Below are positions 26,820 through 40,166 of a DNA stretch of 64,000 bases, in pieces. Numbering within the stretch: the stretch's first letter is position 1; every line of letters starts with the position of its first letter. The DNA is from Mobula hypostoma. Its lineage: Eukaryota. The notes below the pieces were generated by a model that was not told the origin of the DNA, made no database searches, and saw nothing but the letters and a program-made list of their open reading frames with translations. A program made the translations under genes and the position numbers. The DNA lies in the NCBI RefSeq assembly GCF_963921235.1, contig NC_086097.1, positions 244,406,001 through 244,470,000 of the forward strand. Direction: 5' to 3'.

Positions 26820-27195
26820 CATAGTCATAGTCATACTTTATTGATCCGGGGGGAAATTGGTTTTCGTTACAGTTGCACCATAAATAATAAATAGTAATAG
26901 AACCATAAATAGTTAAATAGTAGTACGTAAATTACGCCAGTAAATTATGAAATAAGTCCAGGACCAGCCTATCGGCTCAGGGTGTCTGACCCTCCAAGGG
27001 AGGAGTTGTAAAGTTTGATGGCCACAGGCAGGAATGACTTCCTATGACGCTCTGTGCTGCATCTCGGTGGAATGAGTCTCTGGCTGAATGTACTCCTGTG
27101 CCCACCCAGTACATTATGTAGTGGATGGGAGACACTGACCAAGATGGCATGCAACTTGGACAGCATCCTCTTTTCAGACACCACTGTGAGAGAGT
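26820..27195 (-). mobile_element. Young Rex1 3' fragment inserted in a PLE copy (26580-27365)
   Basis: SHPLH...TERHRKSFLPVAIKLYN with a (CTATGA)n tail. ccatag is repeated at both ends. Confidence 0.75.
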
Positions 27196-27369
27196 CCATA
27201 GGAGAAAGGGAAGGAGGAGGGAGCCCAGGAGCAGGTGAGCAGAAAGAAGAGGTGAGAGGGGAGAAAGAGTGGGGAATAGAAGGAGGGGGAAATTACTGGA
27301 ATCAATGTTCATGCCATCAGGTTGGGGGCTACCCAGACAGAAAACGTGGTGTTGCTCCTCCAACCTTAC

Positions 27370-30300
27370 TGCACCATTTAAATGCCTTTGGTGTGCTCTT
27401 CGGGCCAGATGTTGGAGAACTGGGACACCCAGGGTCTCCCAGGAAACTACATCTGCGTGAAGTGCATCCGGCTGCAGCTCCTTGAAGACCGTGTTAAGGA
27501 TCTGGAGCAGCAACTGGATGATCTTCAGCTTGTACAGGAGAGCGAGGAGATAATTGATCAAAGTTACAGGGAAGTCGTCACCCTGAAGCTGCTGGGGGCG
27601 AGTAGCTGGGTGACCATCAGAAGAAACGGAAATAGACAGTTAGAGCAGAGCACCCCTGTGGCCATTCCCCTCAAAAACAAGTATACCGCTTTGGATACTT
27701 TTGTGGGGGATGACCTCCCGGGAGAATGTCATGGCGACCGGGTTACAGGCACTGACCAGGGGTCCGTGGTGCAGAAGGGAAAGAGAGAGGAAAAAGGGGT
27801 AGGGGATTCAGTAGTGAGAGGAACAGACAGGAGATTCTGTGGACGTAATGGGACACCCAGATGGTATGTTGCCTCTCAGGTGCCAGGGTAGGGATGCCTC
27901 AGATCGTGTCCACAACATTTTGGGGAGGGAGGAAGGGGGAGCAGTCAGATGTCTTGATACATATTGGTACCAATGACATAGGAAGAAAAAGCAATGAGGT
28001 CCTGAAAAGAAAATTTAGAGAGCTAGGTAGAAAGCTGAGAAGCAGGACCTCCCGGGTAGTAATTTCTGGATGGCTGCCCGTGCAACATGCCAGTGAGGGT
28101 AGAAACAGGATGATTTGGCAGATAAATGTGTGGCTGAGAAGCTAGTGCAGGGGACAGGGCTTCACGTTCTTGGATAATTGGGATCTCTTCTGGTGGAGGT
28201 GTGACCTGTTCAAAAGTGACAGTTTGCACCTGAACCCAAGGGGGACCAATATTCTCATGGGCAGGTTTGTTAGAGCTGTTGGGGAAGGTTTAAACTAATT
28301 TGACAGTGGGGTAGGAACCAGAGCGAAGGGACTCAGGATAGGACAGATGGTAAAAAAAAAGTAAAGATAGCATGCAATCAGACTGTCAGGAAGGGCAGGC
28401 AAGTGATGAGACTTATTGCAGCCAACAGGCTGAGTATCAAATCATTAGGGATGCAGAATCAGAAAGGATAGCAAATACAGTACTCAAGGTGTTGTATCTA
28501 AATGTGTGTAGTATAAGAAATAAGGTGGATGATCTTGTTGTAATATTACAGGTTGCCAGGTATGATGTTGTGACCATCACTGAATCGTGGCTGAAGGACG
28601 TTTGTAGTTGGGAGCTGAATGTCTAAGGTTACACGTTATATTGGAGGGATAGGAAGGTAGGCAGAGCGGGTGGTGTAGCTCTACTGATAAAGAATTGCAC
28701 CAAATCAGTAAAAAGATGTGACATAGGATCGGAAAATGTTGGATCCTTGTGGGTTGAGTTAAGAAACTACAAGGGTAAAAGGACGTTGATGGCAGTTATA
28801 TACAAGCCTCCCAACAGTGGCTGGGAGGTGGACCACAGGTTACAACAGGAAATAGAAAAGACAAGTCAAAAGGGCAATGTTATGGTAGTCATGGGAGATT
28901 TTAACATGCAGGTCGATTGAGAAAATCAGGTTGGTATTGGATCTCAAGGAAGTGAGTTTGTTGAATGCCTAAGGGATAGCTTTTTAGAGCAGTTTCTCGT
29001 TAAGCCTACTAGGGGATCAGCTATACTGGATTGGATGTTATGTAATGAACCGGAGGCAATTAGGGAGCTCAAGGTAAAAGACCCCTAAGGAACCAGTGAT
29101 CACATTATGATTGAGTTCAACTTGAAATTTGATAGGGAGAAAGTAAATTTGAAGTAGCAGTATTTCAGTGAAGTAAATTACAGTGGTATGAGAGAGGAGT
29201 TGGCCAAAGTAAATTGGAAGGAGCTGCTGGCAAGGATGTCAGCAGAGCAGCAATGGTGTGAGTTTCTGGGAAAAATGAGGAAGGATAGGACACATATATT
29301 CCAAAAATGAAGAAATATTCAAATGGTAAACAATTACAACCATGGCTGACAAGGGAAGTCAAAGCTATTGTAAAAACAAAAGAAAGGTCATACAGCAAAG
29401 CTAAAATTAGTGGGAAGATAGAGGATTGGGAAGTTCTTAAAAACCTACAGAGAGAAACTAAAAAAAATCATTAAAAGGGAAAAGATGAAATATGTAACTA
29501 ATATCACATTGGATAGTAAAAGTTTTTTCAAGTTAAAAATAAAAGAAAAATGACAGTGGATATACAAATGTTTGTGGGACCGCTAGAAAATGAGGCTGGA
29601 GAAATAATAACAGGGGACAAGGAGATGGCAGATGAACTAACTGAGTATTTTGCATCAGTCTTCACTGTGGAGGACACTAGCAGTGTGCCTGATGTTGTAG
29701 CCTGTGAAGGAAGAAAAGCTGGTGCAGTTACTGTTACAAGAGAAAAGATGCTCAAAAAGCTGAAAGACCTAAAGGTACATAAGTCACCTGGACCAGAGGA
29801 ACTGCACCTTAGGGTTCTGAAGGGGGAAGCATTATAGATTGTGCTGGCATTAGAAATGATCTTTCAGAAATCATGGACTCTGGCATGGTGCCAGAGGACT
29901 GGAGAATTGCAAATGTTACTCCACTCTTTAAGAAAGGAGGAAGGCAGCAGAAAGGAAATTATAGACCAGTTAGCCTGATCTCAGTGGTTGGGACGATGTT
30001 GGAGTCAGTTGTTAAGGATGAGGTGATGGAGTACTTGGTGACACAGGACAAGATAGTACAAAGTCAGCATGGTTTCCCTGAGGGAAAATCTTGCCTGATG
30101 AACCTGTTGGAATTCTTTGAGGAGATTACAAGTAGGATAGATAAAGGGGATGCAGTGGATATTGTATATTTGGACTTTCAGAAGGCCTTTGACAAGGTGC
30201 CACACATGAGGCAGTTTACCAAGTTAAGAGCCCATGGTATTACAGGAAAGATACTAACATGGTTAGGGCATTGGCTGATTGATAGGAGACAGCGAGTGGA

Positions 30301-31351
30301 AATAAAAGGATTCTCTTCTGGTTGGCTGCCAGTAACTAGTGGTGTTCCGCAGGGGTCAGTGTTGGGACCTCTATTTTTATGCTGTATGATTTCAATGATT
30401 GAATAGATGGCTTTGTTGCCAAGTTTGCAGATGATACAAAGATTGGTGGAGGGGCAGGTATTGTTGAGGAAACAGGTAGAATTCAGAAGGACTTAGATAG
30501 ATTAGGAGAATGGGCAAGAAAGTGGCAAATGAAATACAATGTTGGAAAATGCATGGTGATGCACTTTGGTAACAGAAATAAATGTGCAGACTATTCTCTA
30601 AACAGGGAGAAAACTCAGGAATATGAGATGCAAAGGGACTTGGGAGTCCTTGTGCAGAACACCCTGAAGATTAACTTGCAGGTAGAGTCGGTGGTGAGGA
30701 AGGCAAATGCCATGTTAGCATTCATTTCAAGAGGTCTAGAATACAAGAGCAAGCATATGATCTGAGACTTTATAAGGCACTGGTGAGGCCTCACTTTGAG
30801 TATTGTGAACAGTTTTGAGCCCCTCATCTTAGAAAAGATGTGCTGGCATTCGAGAGGGTCCAGAGGAGGTTCACAAGGATGATTCCAGGAATGAAAGGGT
30901 TATCATACAAGGAACGTTTAATGGCTCTGGGTCTGTACTCACTGGAATTCAGAAGGATAAGGCGAAGTCATTGAAACTTCTCGAATGTTGAAAGGCCTGG
31001 AGAGAGTAGATGTGGAAAGGATGTTCCCCATGGTGGGAGAGTCTAGGACAAGAGGGCACAGCCTCAGGATAGAGGGCCACTCTTTCAAAACGGAGATAAG
31101 CAGAAATTTCTTCAGCCAAAGGGTGGTGAATTTGTGGAATTTGTTACCATATGCAGCTGTGGAGGCCAGGTCATTGGGTGTACTTAAGGCAGAGATTGAT
31201 AGGTTCCTGATTGGACATGGCATCAAAGGTTACAGGGAGAAGGCCGGGAACTGGTGTTGAGGAGGAGAGAAAAAAAGGATTAGCCATGATTTAATGGTGC
31301 AACAGACTCGATGGACCAGATGGACTAATTCTGCTCCTATGTCTTACGGTC
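27370..31351 (+). mobile_element. Near-full-length decayed CR1 LINE: ORF1 (Cys-rich, coiled-coil, SGNH esterase) plus ORF2 (APE-RT)
   Basis: ORF1 CVKC, LEDRVKDLEQQL, GDS, HIGTND. ORF2 ITESW, KSPGP, WRIANVTPLFKKG, LDFQKAFDKV, GVPQGS, FADDTK. Many stops and frameshifts. Confidence 0.92.
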
Positions 31352-31399
31352 TAACCTGACAGTGGCCCCATCGTAGCAGTGGAAGAGGCCAAGGACTGA

Positions 31400-32938
31400 C
31401 ATCAAAGTTGCTGGTGAACACAGTAGGCCAGGCAGCATCTCTAGGAAGAGGTACAGTCGATGTTTCAGGCCGAGACCCTTCGTCAGGACTAACTGAAGGA
31501 AGAGCTAGTAAGAGATTTGAAAGTGGGAGAGGGAGGGGGAGATCTGAAATGATAGGAGAAGACAGGAGAGGGAGGGATGGAGCCAAGAGCTGGACAGGTG
31601 ATTGGCAAAGGGGATATGAGAGGATCATGGGACAGGAGGCCCAGAGAGAAAGACAAGGGGGGGGGAACCCAGAGGATGGGCAAGGGGTATAGTCAGAGGG
31701 ACAGAGGGAGAAAAAGGAGAGTGAGAGAAAGAATATGTGTATAAAAATAAATAACGGATGGGGTACGAGGGGGAGGTGGGGCATTAGCAGAAGTTAGAGA
31801 AATCAATGTTCATGCCATCAGGTTGGAGGCTACCCAGACGAAATATAAGGTGTTGTTCCTCCAACCTGAGTGTGGCTTCATCCTTACAATAGGGGAGGCC
31901 GTGGATAGACATGTCAGAATGGGAATGGGATGTGGAATTAAAATGTGTGGCCACTGGGAGATCCTGCTTTCTCTGGTGGACAGAGCGTAGATGTTCAGCA
32001 AAGCGGTCTCCCAGTCTGTGTCGGGTCTTGCCAACACATAGAAGGCCACATCGGGAGCACCGGACGCAGTATATCACCCCAGTCGATTCACAGGTGAAGT
32101 GTTGCCTCACCTGGAAGGACTGTCTGGGGCCCTGAATGGCGGTAAGGGAGGAAGTGTAAGGGCATGTGTTGCACTTGTTCCGCTTACACGGATAAGTGCC
32201 AGGAGGGAGATCAGTGGGGAGGGATGGGGGGATGAATGGACAAGGGAGTCGCGTAGGGAGCGATCCCTGCAGAAAGCGGGGGGGGGGGGTGGGAGGGAAA
32301 GATGTGCTTAGTGGTGGGATCCAGTTGGAGGTGGCGGAAGTTACCGAGAATAATATGTTGTACCCAGAGGCTGGTGGGGTGGTAGGTGAGGCCCAGGGGA
32401 ATCCTATTCCTAGTGGGGTGGCGGGAGGATGGAGTGAGAGCAGATGTCCGTCTGGGTAGCCTCCAACCTGATGACATGAACATTGACTTCTCTAACTTCC
32501 GCTAATGCCCCACCTCCCCCATCCGTTATTTATTTTTATACACACATTCTTTCTCTCACTCTCCTTTTTCTCCCTCTGTCCCTCTGACTATATCCCTTGC
32601 CCATCCTCTGGGTTCCCACCCCCCCTTGTCTTTCTTCCCAGACCTCCTGTCCCATGATCCTCTCGTATCCCTTTTGCCAATCACCTGTCCAGCTCTTGGC
32701 TCCATCCCTCCCCCTCCTGTCTTCTCCTATCATTTTGGATCTCCCCCTCCCCCTCCCACTTTCAAATCTCTTACTAACTCTTCTTTCAGTTAGTCCTGAC
32801 GAAGGGTCTCAGCCCGAAACGTCGACTGTACCTCTTCCTAGAGGTGCTGCCTGGCCTGCTGTGTTCACCAGCAACTTTGATGTGTGTTGTTTGATGTGTG
32901 TTGCTTGAATTTCCAGCATCTGCAGAATTCCTGTTGCT
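31400..32938 (-). mobile_element. Penelope-like element: minus-strand RT-thumb/GIY-YIG 3' part (31400-32446) plus inverted plus-strand repeat (32447-32938)
   Basis: GIY-YIG motif FTCESTGVIYCVRCSRCGLLCVGKT...RFAEH, with 10-bp TSD caaggactga (31390-31399 / 32939-32948). Confidence 0.9.
32792..32827 (+). ncRNA. Minimal type-I hammerhead ribozyme motif (PLE-associated)
   Basis: AGUC-CUGACGA-A-GGG(UCUCAG)CCC-GAAAC-GUC|GACU: conserved core, stem I AGUC/GACU, stem II, and palindromic ACGU in place of stem III. Confidence 0.75.
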
Positions 32939-33319
32939 CAAGGACTGATATGTTGGAATGGGTCCACAATCAACATCACTAAAACTTATTATTTGTTCCT
33001 GATATTGCTGTGTGAAACTGGCTGAAAATCTAGGATCTGATGATTTGGAAATTCCGAATATTGGGCATCCGGACTCTCCACCTCACACACTGGGGCCCTA
33101 GTTCCTGCTTCTCACCAGAAATCTGCCTGGTCCCATTTCCCCTGCCAACTTGGCACTTACCAGGTTCACTCACTAGAGAATACTGCAGAACATCTGAAAG
33201 CCATGAATAGCATTCTGCAATTCAGTAAAATAGGTCTGTAAAACCTACCCATTCAGCACATGGTCTGCAGTTTGACAGCTTAGTGATCCAATACTTTAGT
33301 ACAAAAATCTTCTTTCCCT

Positions 33320-33570
33320 AGGTCTCCTGTCCCATGATCCTCTCATATCCCTTTTGCCAATCAACTGTCCAGCTCTTGGCTCCATCCCTCCCCCTCCTGT
33401 CTTCTCCTATCATTTCGGATCTCCCCCTCCCTCTCCCACTTTCAAATCTATTACTAGCTCTTCCTTCAGTTAGTCCTGACGAAGGGTCTCGGCCCGAAAC
33501 ATCGATTGTACCTCTTCCTAGAGATGCTGCCTGGCCTGCTGCGTTCACCAGCAACTTTTATGTATGTTGC
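33320..33570 (+). mobile_element. Penelope-like 3' repeat with hammerhead motif (33472-33507, AUC variant)
   Basis: Very similar to 32640-32890. Confidence 0.8.
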
Positions 33571-35502
33571 TTTACAAAACTGATGTTGTTCCAAATCATG
33601 GACATGACTTCATAGCACTTTAGAAGAATCTCACTGATGGTAGAGGTATGGAAGGCTATGGTCCCAATGCAGGTCAATGGGAGTAGGCAGTTTAAATAGT
33701 TCAGTATGAACTTGATGGGCTGAAGGGCCTGTTTCAGTGCTGTTCTACGGCTCTATAAAACCTATCAAATACTGAAAGGCCTAGATTGATTGGATGTAGA
33801 GAGAATGTTTCCTCTGGTGGGCGGGGGGGGGCGCAGTCTAGGATCGAAGGGCACAGCCTCAGAATAGAGTAGAGATGAGGAAGAATTTCTTTGGCCAGAG
33901 GTATAAATCTTTGGAATTCATTGCCACAGAAGGCTGTGGAGGCCAGGTGATTGGGCATTTTTAAATCAGACATTAATAAGTTCTTGATTAGTCAGGCCAT
34001 GAAAGGTTATGGGGAGAAGGCCGGAGAATGGGGTTGAGAGGGATAATAAATCAGCCCTGATGGAATGGAGAAGCAGACTCGATGGGCTGATTGGCCTAAT
34101 TCTGCTCCTATATGTTATGGTATGGTCTTAGAGCACATCTGGCTACATCTCTGAAGAGAAAACAGTTAATGCTTCATTTCGGCGACCACAAGGTTAGGGA
34201 GAAGGCAAGAGAAGGTGTTCACAGCTATATTAAAAAAAAATCAGCCATGATAGAGTTGTGGAGCAGACTTGATGGGCCAAATGGCCTAATCGCACTCCTG
34301 TGCCTTATGGTCTTCTGTCTTTCTAGCTTTGCAAGGCCAAATCAGACACAATTACTGCAGACACAGTGTCCCATTTAACAGAAAAGATTTGCTGACTTTC
34401 TCAGCAATTTGGCCGTGCACTTCTACAGCGATAATGCAGTCTCTTCCACATTGTGCAATCTGTTTTGTCTTGACTACTTCATTCACATGTACATCGGAAC
34501 ACACAGTGAACTGCGCTGTTTGCATCAACAACCAACACAGCCTAAGGATGTGCTGGGGGCAGCCACACAACGCAGTGCCAACATAGCACGCCCACAGAAT
34601 TCAGCCTCTGGGCCTCCAGCAGACTTGCAGAAATCAGCCTCCAATTTCCCAGTGAATTCGCAGATCCAGAGATTCAGCCACTGGACTCGCTGACTTCGTC
34701 TTCAAAGTCCAAGACACCACTCACCAAACTTGCACCACGTATGCTCACTCGCCGTTTTGACAGCACGATTTTCTTCTAATTTTATTTAGCGGTACAGTGC
34801 GGAACCGAGCCTTCCATCCAAACAAGCTAGGCTGCCCAGCAACCACTTACTTAACACCAGCCTAATCACAGGACAAGTTGACAATGACTCTTTAACCTAC
34901 TTTGGACTTTGGGAGGAAACCAGAGCACCCGGAGGAAACCTCCGCAGTACAAACTCCTTACAGAGAGTGGCGGAAATTAACTCTGAACTCCGGAAAGCCC
35001 CGGGCTATTATAGCTACGGTACAATGGTGCCTTTTTTATGCATTTTAATGGACACTTTCTCATCTTAAAAACTCCCACTTGAAACTGGGTTTATTCTTCG
35101 TTCCTTGTCGTGACATTGTCCTACTTCCGTTCCAAATAAATCAAAACTCAATCTTGTTCCACACTGTCTACTAAATTTAATTTTGATCCCTTTGCGGGTG
35201 TGCTAATTTTGCAGAATGAGGATAAATCCTGGTTTATTTCAGTTACTGACCTTACTCTAATTGAAGTCGACATAGCTGTTTCTGGGTGTACAGATGGGAT
35301 TTACAAAGGATAAAGGTCCATTTCTCAGTTGGATCAATAGTGCTTCAGCTCTGCTAATGAAAATACTTCATAATAATAATAATAATAACTTATTTATAGA
35401 GCACTTTTCATACAGACGATGTAGTTCAAAGTGCTGTACAATGGGGCATGAAAAAATGAAAGACAGGAAGCTGTTAGTTCAAAGCAAAGTTAAATAAATG
35501 GG

Positions 35503-35617
35503 CAACACACATCAAAGTTGCTGGTGAACGCAGCAGGCTAGGCAGCATCTGTAGAAAGAGGTGCAGTCGACGTTTCAGGCCGAGACCCTTCGTCAGGACC
35601 CTTGTTGTTTGTTGTTT
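35503..35617 (-). mobile_element. 115-bp PLE-derived insertion (hammerhead plus tail)
   Basis: 14-bp TSD gttaaataaatggg (35489-35502 / 35618-35631). Confidence 0.8.
35565..35600 (-). ncRNA. Minimal hammerhead ribozyme motif, sense to STAC pre-mRNA
   Basis: GGUC-CUGACGA-AGG(GUCUCGG)CCU-GAAAC-GUC|GACU with all core nucleotides present. Confidence 0.7.
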
Positions 35618-36952
35618 GTTAAATAAATGGGGTTTGAGCTGGTGTTTAAAATTGCCAACTGAGTCTGCATCCCTTTTAATTTTAGATATCGAGTTCCACA
35701 GTTAAGGAGCGTAGCTCAAAAATAAAACTAACCTGCTTTTTTAACAGTCCTGATGAAGGCTCTTGGCCTAAACCGTCGACTGTTTATTCATTTCCACAGA
35801 TGCTGCCTGACCTGCTGAGTTCCTCCAGCATTTTGTGTGTGTTGCTTTCAATTTCCAGCATCTGCAGATTTTCTTATGTTTGTAACCTGTAACCTCTTTT
35901 GAGGGAGATTGTTTAAATTGAAGAGACCGGCAGAGGAAGACCTGAGAGCCCGAGCAGGATTTTAAAACGAAAATCATTCCTGATGTACTCCGGTCCCAGG
36001 ATTGGGAAAATGCTATCAATTACAATCTGATTGTTTCTCTTTTCACCATGACAATCTTGTTCTAAATTTTAAGTTTTCTGACTGCTACCATCACGGGCAC
36101 AGCCTTCCCATCAGAGGGGCTGGTTCCTCAAGTAGGAGATATCCATCATTAGTGGCCTTGCCCCCTTCTTATGAGCACCATAAAGGGAGGTACAGGAGCC
36201 TGAAGACCTACCCTCAACGTTTCAATCAGGAAGTTACGAAAAGCCTGAACAAGAAGAGAGCTGATGTCATCAATCAGGAAACAGCAGCTGGATCTAAGGG
36301 ACATTGTATTGAGGAAAGAGAAGCTCAAACATCTTGCAGTGATGGGAAAAAATGATGGAAGAAAAAAGTCACAGTCTACAGCACATGACATTCATGAGTT
36401 ACATAAAGTAATGGACAGGCAAAAGTTTTGAAGAGCTTATTAGAACTTCTCAGATTAAAACCAGATGGATGACCATGACCACCCATGTCATATGACACAG
36501 CACATAATGATGATGATGTGTAAAGATTTGAACTGTATGAACAGTATGCAAGACAAGCCTTTCGCTGTGTCTCAGTATATGTGACATTAATGAAGCAATT
36601 TCAATTCCTACAGCTATAACATGACATACCAAGTCTATGACTGTCAATCTAGATATATGGCAAAAGTTTCAGATACTTTAAAAGTTCTGTGTGTTTCCTG
36701 AAGGACCAGAATTTATAGAACTGACAAAAAGCAAGTCCTTAAATGTAACTGTGGACACGGCCAACTTGTTGGCATCTCCAACATCTAATTTTTTTTAAAT
36801 TCAATGACAAAATTTGAAGTGGCTTTTTAAAATGATCTCTAGATATCTCAGTACTTAATATAGAATTAGTTTCTTCTTTGTGCAAATAAAGTGCTGATTG
36901 CCCTTTTTTGGTTCCAATAGATCAAAACTAAATAGAATAGAATAATAGAATT

Positions 36953-37503
36953 ATCCACGGCCTCCTCTACTGTAAAGATGAAGCCACACTCAGGTTGGAG
37001 GAACAACACCTTATATTCCATCTGGGTAGCCTCCAACCTGATGGCATGAACATCAACTTCTCTAACTTCCGCTAAGGCCCCACCTCTCCCTCGTACCCCA
37101 TCTGTTACTTTTTTTTTATGCACACATTCTTTCACTCACTGTCCTTTTTCTCCCTCTGTCCCTCTGAATATACCTCTTGCCCATCCTCTGGGTCCCCCCC
37201 CCCCTTGTCTTTCTTCCCGGACCTCCTGTCCCGTGATCCTCTCGTATCCCCTTTTGCCAATCACCTGTCCAGCTCTCGGCTCTATCCCTCCCCCTCCTGT
37301 CTTCTCCTATCATTTTGGATCTCCCCCTCCCCCTCCAGCTTTCAAATCCCTTACTCACTCTTCCTTCAGTTAGTCCTGACGGAGGGTCTCGGCCTGAAAC
37401 ATCGACTGCACCTCTTCCTACAGATGCTGCCTGGCCTGCTACGTTCACCAGCAATTTGATGTGTGTTGCTTGAATTTCCAGCATCCGCAGAATTCCTGTT
37501 GTT
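36953..37503 (+). mobile_element. Young Penelope-like 3' fragment
   Basis: Nearly identical to 61549-62096. The hammerhead core reads CUGACGG in this copy. Confidence 0.85.
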
Positions 37504-37859
37504 TGTGCTACTTAGGGGTACTCGATAAACTCTTAGACACATGGATGATGGAAAAACGGGGGGGGCTACGTAGGAGGGAAGGGTTAGATTTATCTTAAAG
37601 TAAGGTTGGCAGAACATTGTGGGCCGAAGGGCCTGTACTGTGCTGTAGTGTTCTACGTTGATAGCTCAACAATGGATACAGAGTTTGGCCTGTTGCTGTA
37701 CATAGCTGAGGGGAAAGATGATGCAAACAGAAATAGTTTGGTTGTAATGCTGGTTTGGTCAAAGGGATGAGGTAGGTGGCTTCAAGTGGAAATGGAGGAA
37801 TATGTTTACATTTAGGGATAACAGGGGTGTACGGGGTGTCCAAGGAGGGACAGCACCTC

Positions 37860-38215
37860 TGGTGAAGGGGCATGTGGTGTCAATTCTGGGGCAGCTCATT
37901 CACCATTGGTCCCTATCAGATACTCAGCTCTCACCTATGGCCCTAAGTAGCTGTATGTATGCACACACCCCGTTACACTACTTCGACAGACAGGCTAAAC
38001 CAGATGACTGTAGCCAGTGGGCTTCATACCCTGTTGAGTCTGCAACATGCCTATCCAAGCATGTGAAGTCATCTCCAGCGGACTAAGCATATGAGGTCAA
38101 CAGTGAGAGCTGACAGCCAAGAAGGCAACACTTCGTGGAGAGCGAAAGATGTGACAAGACACAGATGAAATCATGGTCATCCACTACAATCAAGGATAAT
38201 CCCGCATCCAGAGTT
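37860..38215 (+). mobile_element. Repeat related to 26140-26400, probably RTE 5'UTR-derived
   Basis: Shares gacaag.cacaga.gaa.tcatggtcatccact with the 26.2 kb copy. Confidence 0.45.
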
Positions 38216-38861
38216 CCGCAGTTAAAAGAGTGAAACTCTCCCAGTGCGATAGCCTTTCCATTTTAGAAGCTCTCCTGCACAGGCATACGGACGTTGTTGG
38301 ATACATAAGACAACCAACCATAGGGATCGAAGCTGCTTTGTTAAAAAAAAAACAGACAAAAGAAAATACAAGCAAAAAGCAAAAACTTCACTTCGAATGT
38401 ATATAGAAGGGAGGATACATCCCGGCTTAGTACGGCAAATGACCTGCACATGACCACAAGAAACCGCACTGAGCTGTGGATGCAGTTCAGTTCATCCAGC
38501 CTCCCTTCTATGGACTCCGACTACATTGGCTTGGTATAATCAAAGACCCCTTCCGCCCCAGACATACTCTCCTCTCCCCTCTCCCGCTGAGTAGAAGACA
38601 CAAAAGCCGGAAAGCATGCATCACCAGGCTCAAGGACAGCATCGACCCCATTGTTATAGACTACTGAATGGTTCTCTCATAATATAAAATAGACTCTCGA
38701 CCTCACAATGGATCTTGTGGTGGCCTTAGTGTTTGCCTGCATTGCACTTTCTCTGTAAATGGAACACTTTATTCTGTTGTTGCTTTACCTTGCTCTACCC
38801 CAATGCACAGGGTAATGATTTGATCTATATGAACGGCGTGCGAGACAGGTTTTTCATTGCA

Positions 38862-40166
38862 TCATAAGAACATAAGAAATAGGAGCAGGAGTCAGCCATC
38901 AGGCCCGTCAAGCCTGCTCCGCCATTCAATAAGATCATGGCTGATCTGACCATGGACTCATCTCCACCTACCTGCCCTTTCCCCAAAACCCTTAATTCCC
39001 CTACTATGCAAAAATCTATCCAACTTTGTCTTAAATAGCCTCCACTGCATCATTGGGCAGAGAATTCCACAGATTCACCACTCTTTGGGAAAAGCAATTT
39101 CTCCTCATCTCTGTCCTAAATTTACTCCCCCGAACCTTGAGGCTATGTCCCCTAGTTCTAGTCTCACCTACCAGTGGAAACAACTTTCCTGCCTCCATCT
39201 TATCCATCCCTTTCATAATTTTATATGTTTCTATAAGATCTCTCTCATCCTTCTGAATTTCAGCGAGTCCAGTCCCAGGCAAATCAATCTCTCCTCATAG
39301 TCTAAACCCCTCATGTCTGGTATCAACCTGGTAAACCTCCTCTGCACCACCTCCAAAGCCAGTATATCCTTCTCCAAGTAAAGAGACTAGAACTGCACGC
39401 AGTACTCCAGATGTAACCTCCCTGTTCTTAAATTCAGTCCCTCTAGTAATGGCCAACAATCCATTTGCCTTCTTGATAGCCTGCTGCACCTGCAAACCAA
39501 CCTTTTGTGATTCATATACAAGCACTCCCAAGTCCCTCTGCATACCATTTAAATAATAATCTGATCCTCCATTTTTCCTTCCAAAGTGGATGACATCACA
39601 TTTACCAACATTGTACTCCATCTGCCAGACCCTTGCCCACTCAATTAACCTATCTACGTCTCTCTGCACTCTCTGTATCTTCTACACAATTTGCTTTTCC
39701 ACTCAACTTAGTGTCATCAGCAAACTTAAGATACTTGGTCCTCTCTTCCAGATCGTTAATGTATATCGTGAACAACTGCAGACCCAGCAGCGACCCCTGC
39801 AGCACATCGCTCACCACTGATTGCCAACCAGAGAAACACCCACATATTCCAACTCTCTGCTTAGTTAACCAATACTCTATCCATGCTAATACATCATCCC
39901 CAACTCTATGCATTCTTGTTTTATAGATAAATCTTTTATGTGGCACCTTATCGAACGCCTTCTGGAAATCCAAGTAAATAATGTCCATATTTTCCCCTCT
40001 ATCCACTGCATTTGTTATATCATCAAATAACTCCAGTAAGTTTGTCAAACAGGACCCGCCTTTGCTGAATCCATGCTGTCCCTGTCTGATGGATCCATTT
40101 CTTTCCAGATGCCTCGCTATTTATTCTTTAATGACAGCTTCAAGCATTTTTCCAACTACAGATGTT
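38862..40166 (-). mobile_element. CR1 RT/3' fragment
   Basis: LDFQKAFDKVPH, KFADDTK, FSQRVVNLWNSLP. Confidence 0.85.
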
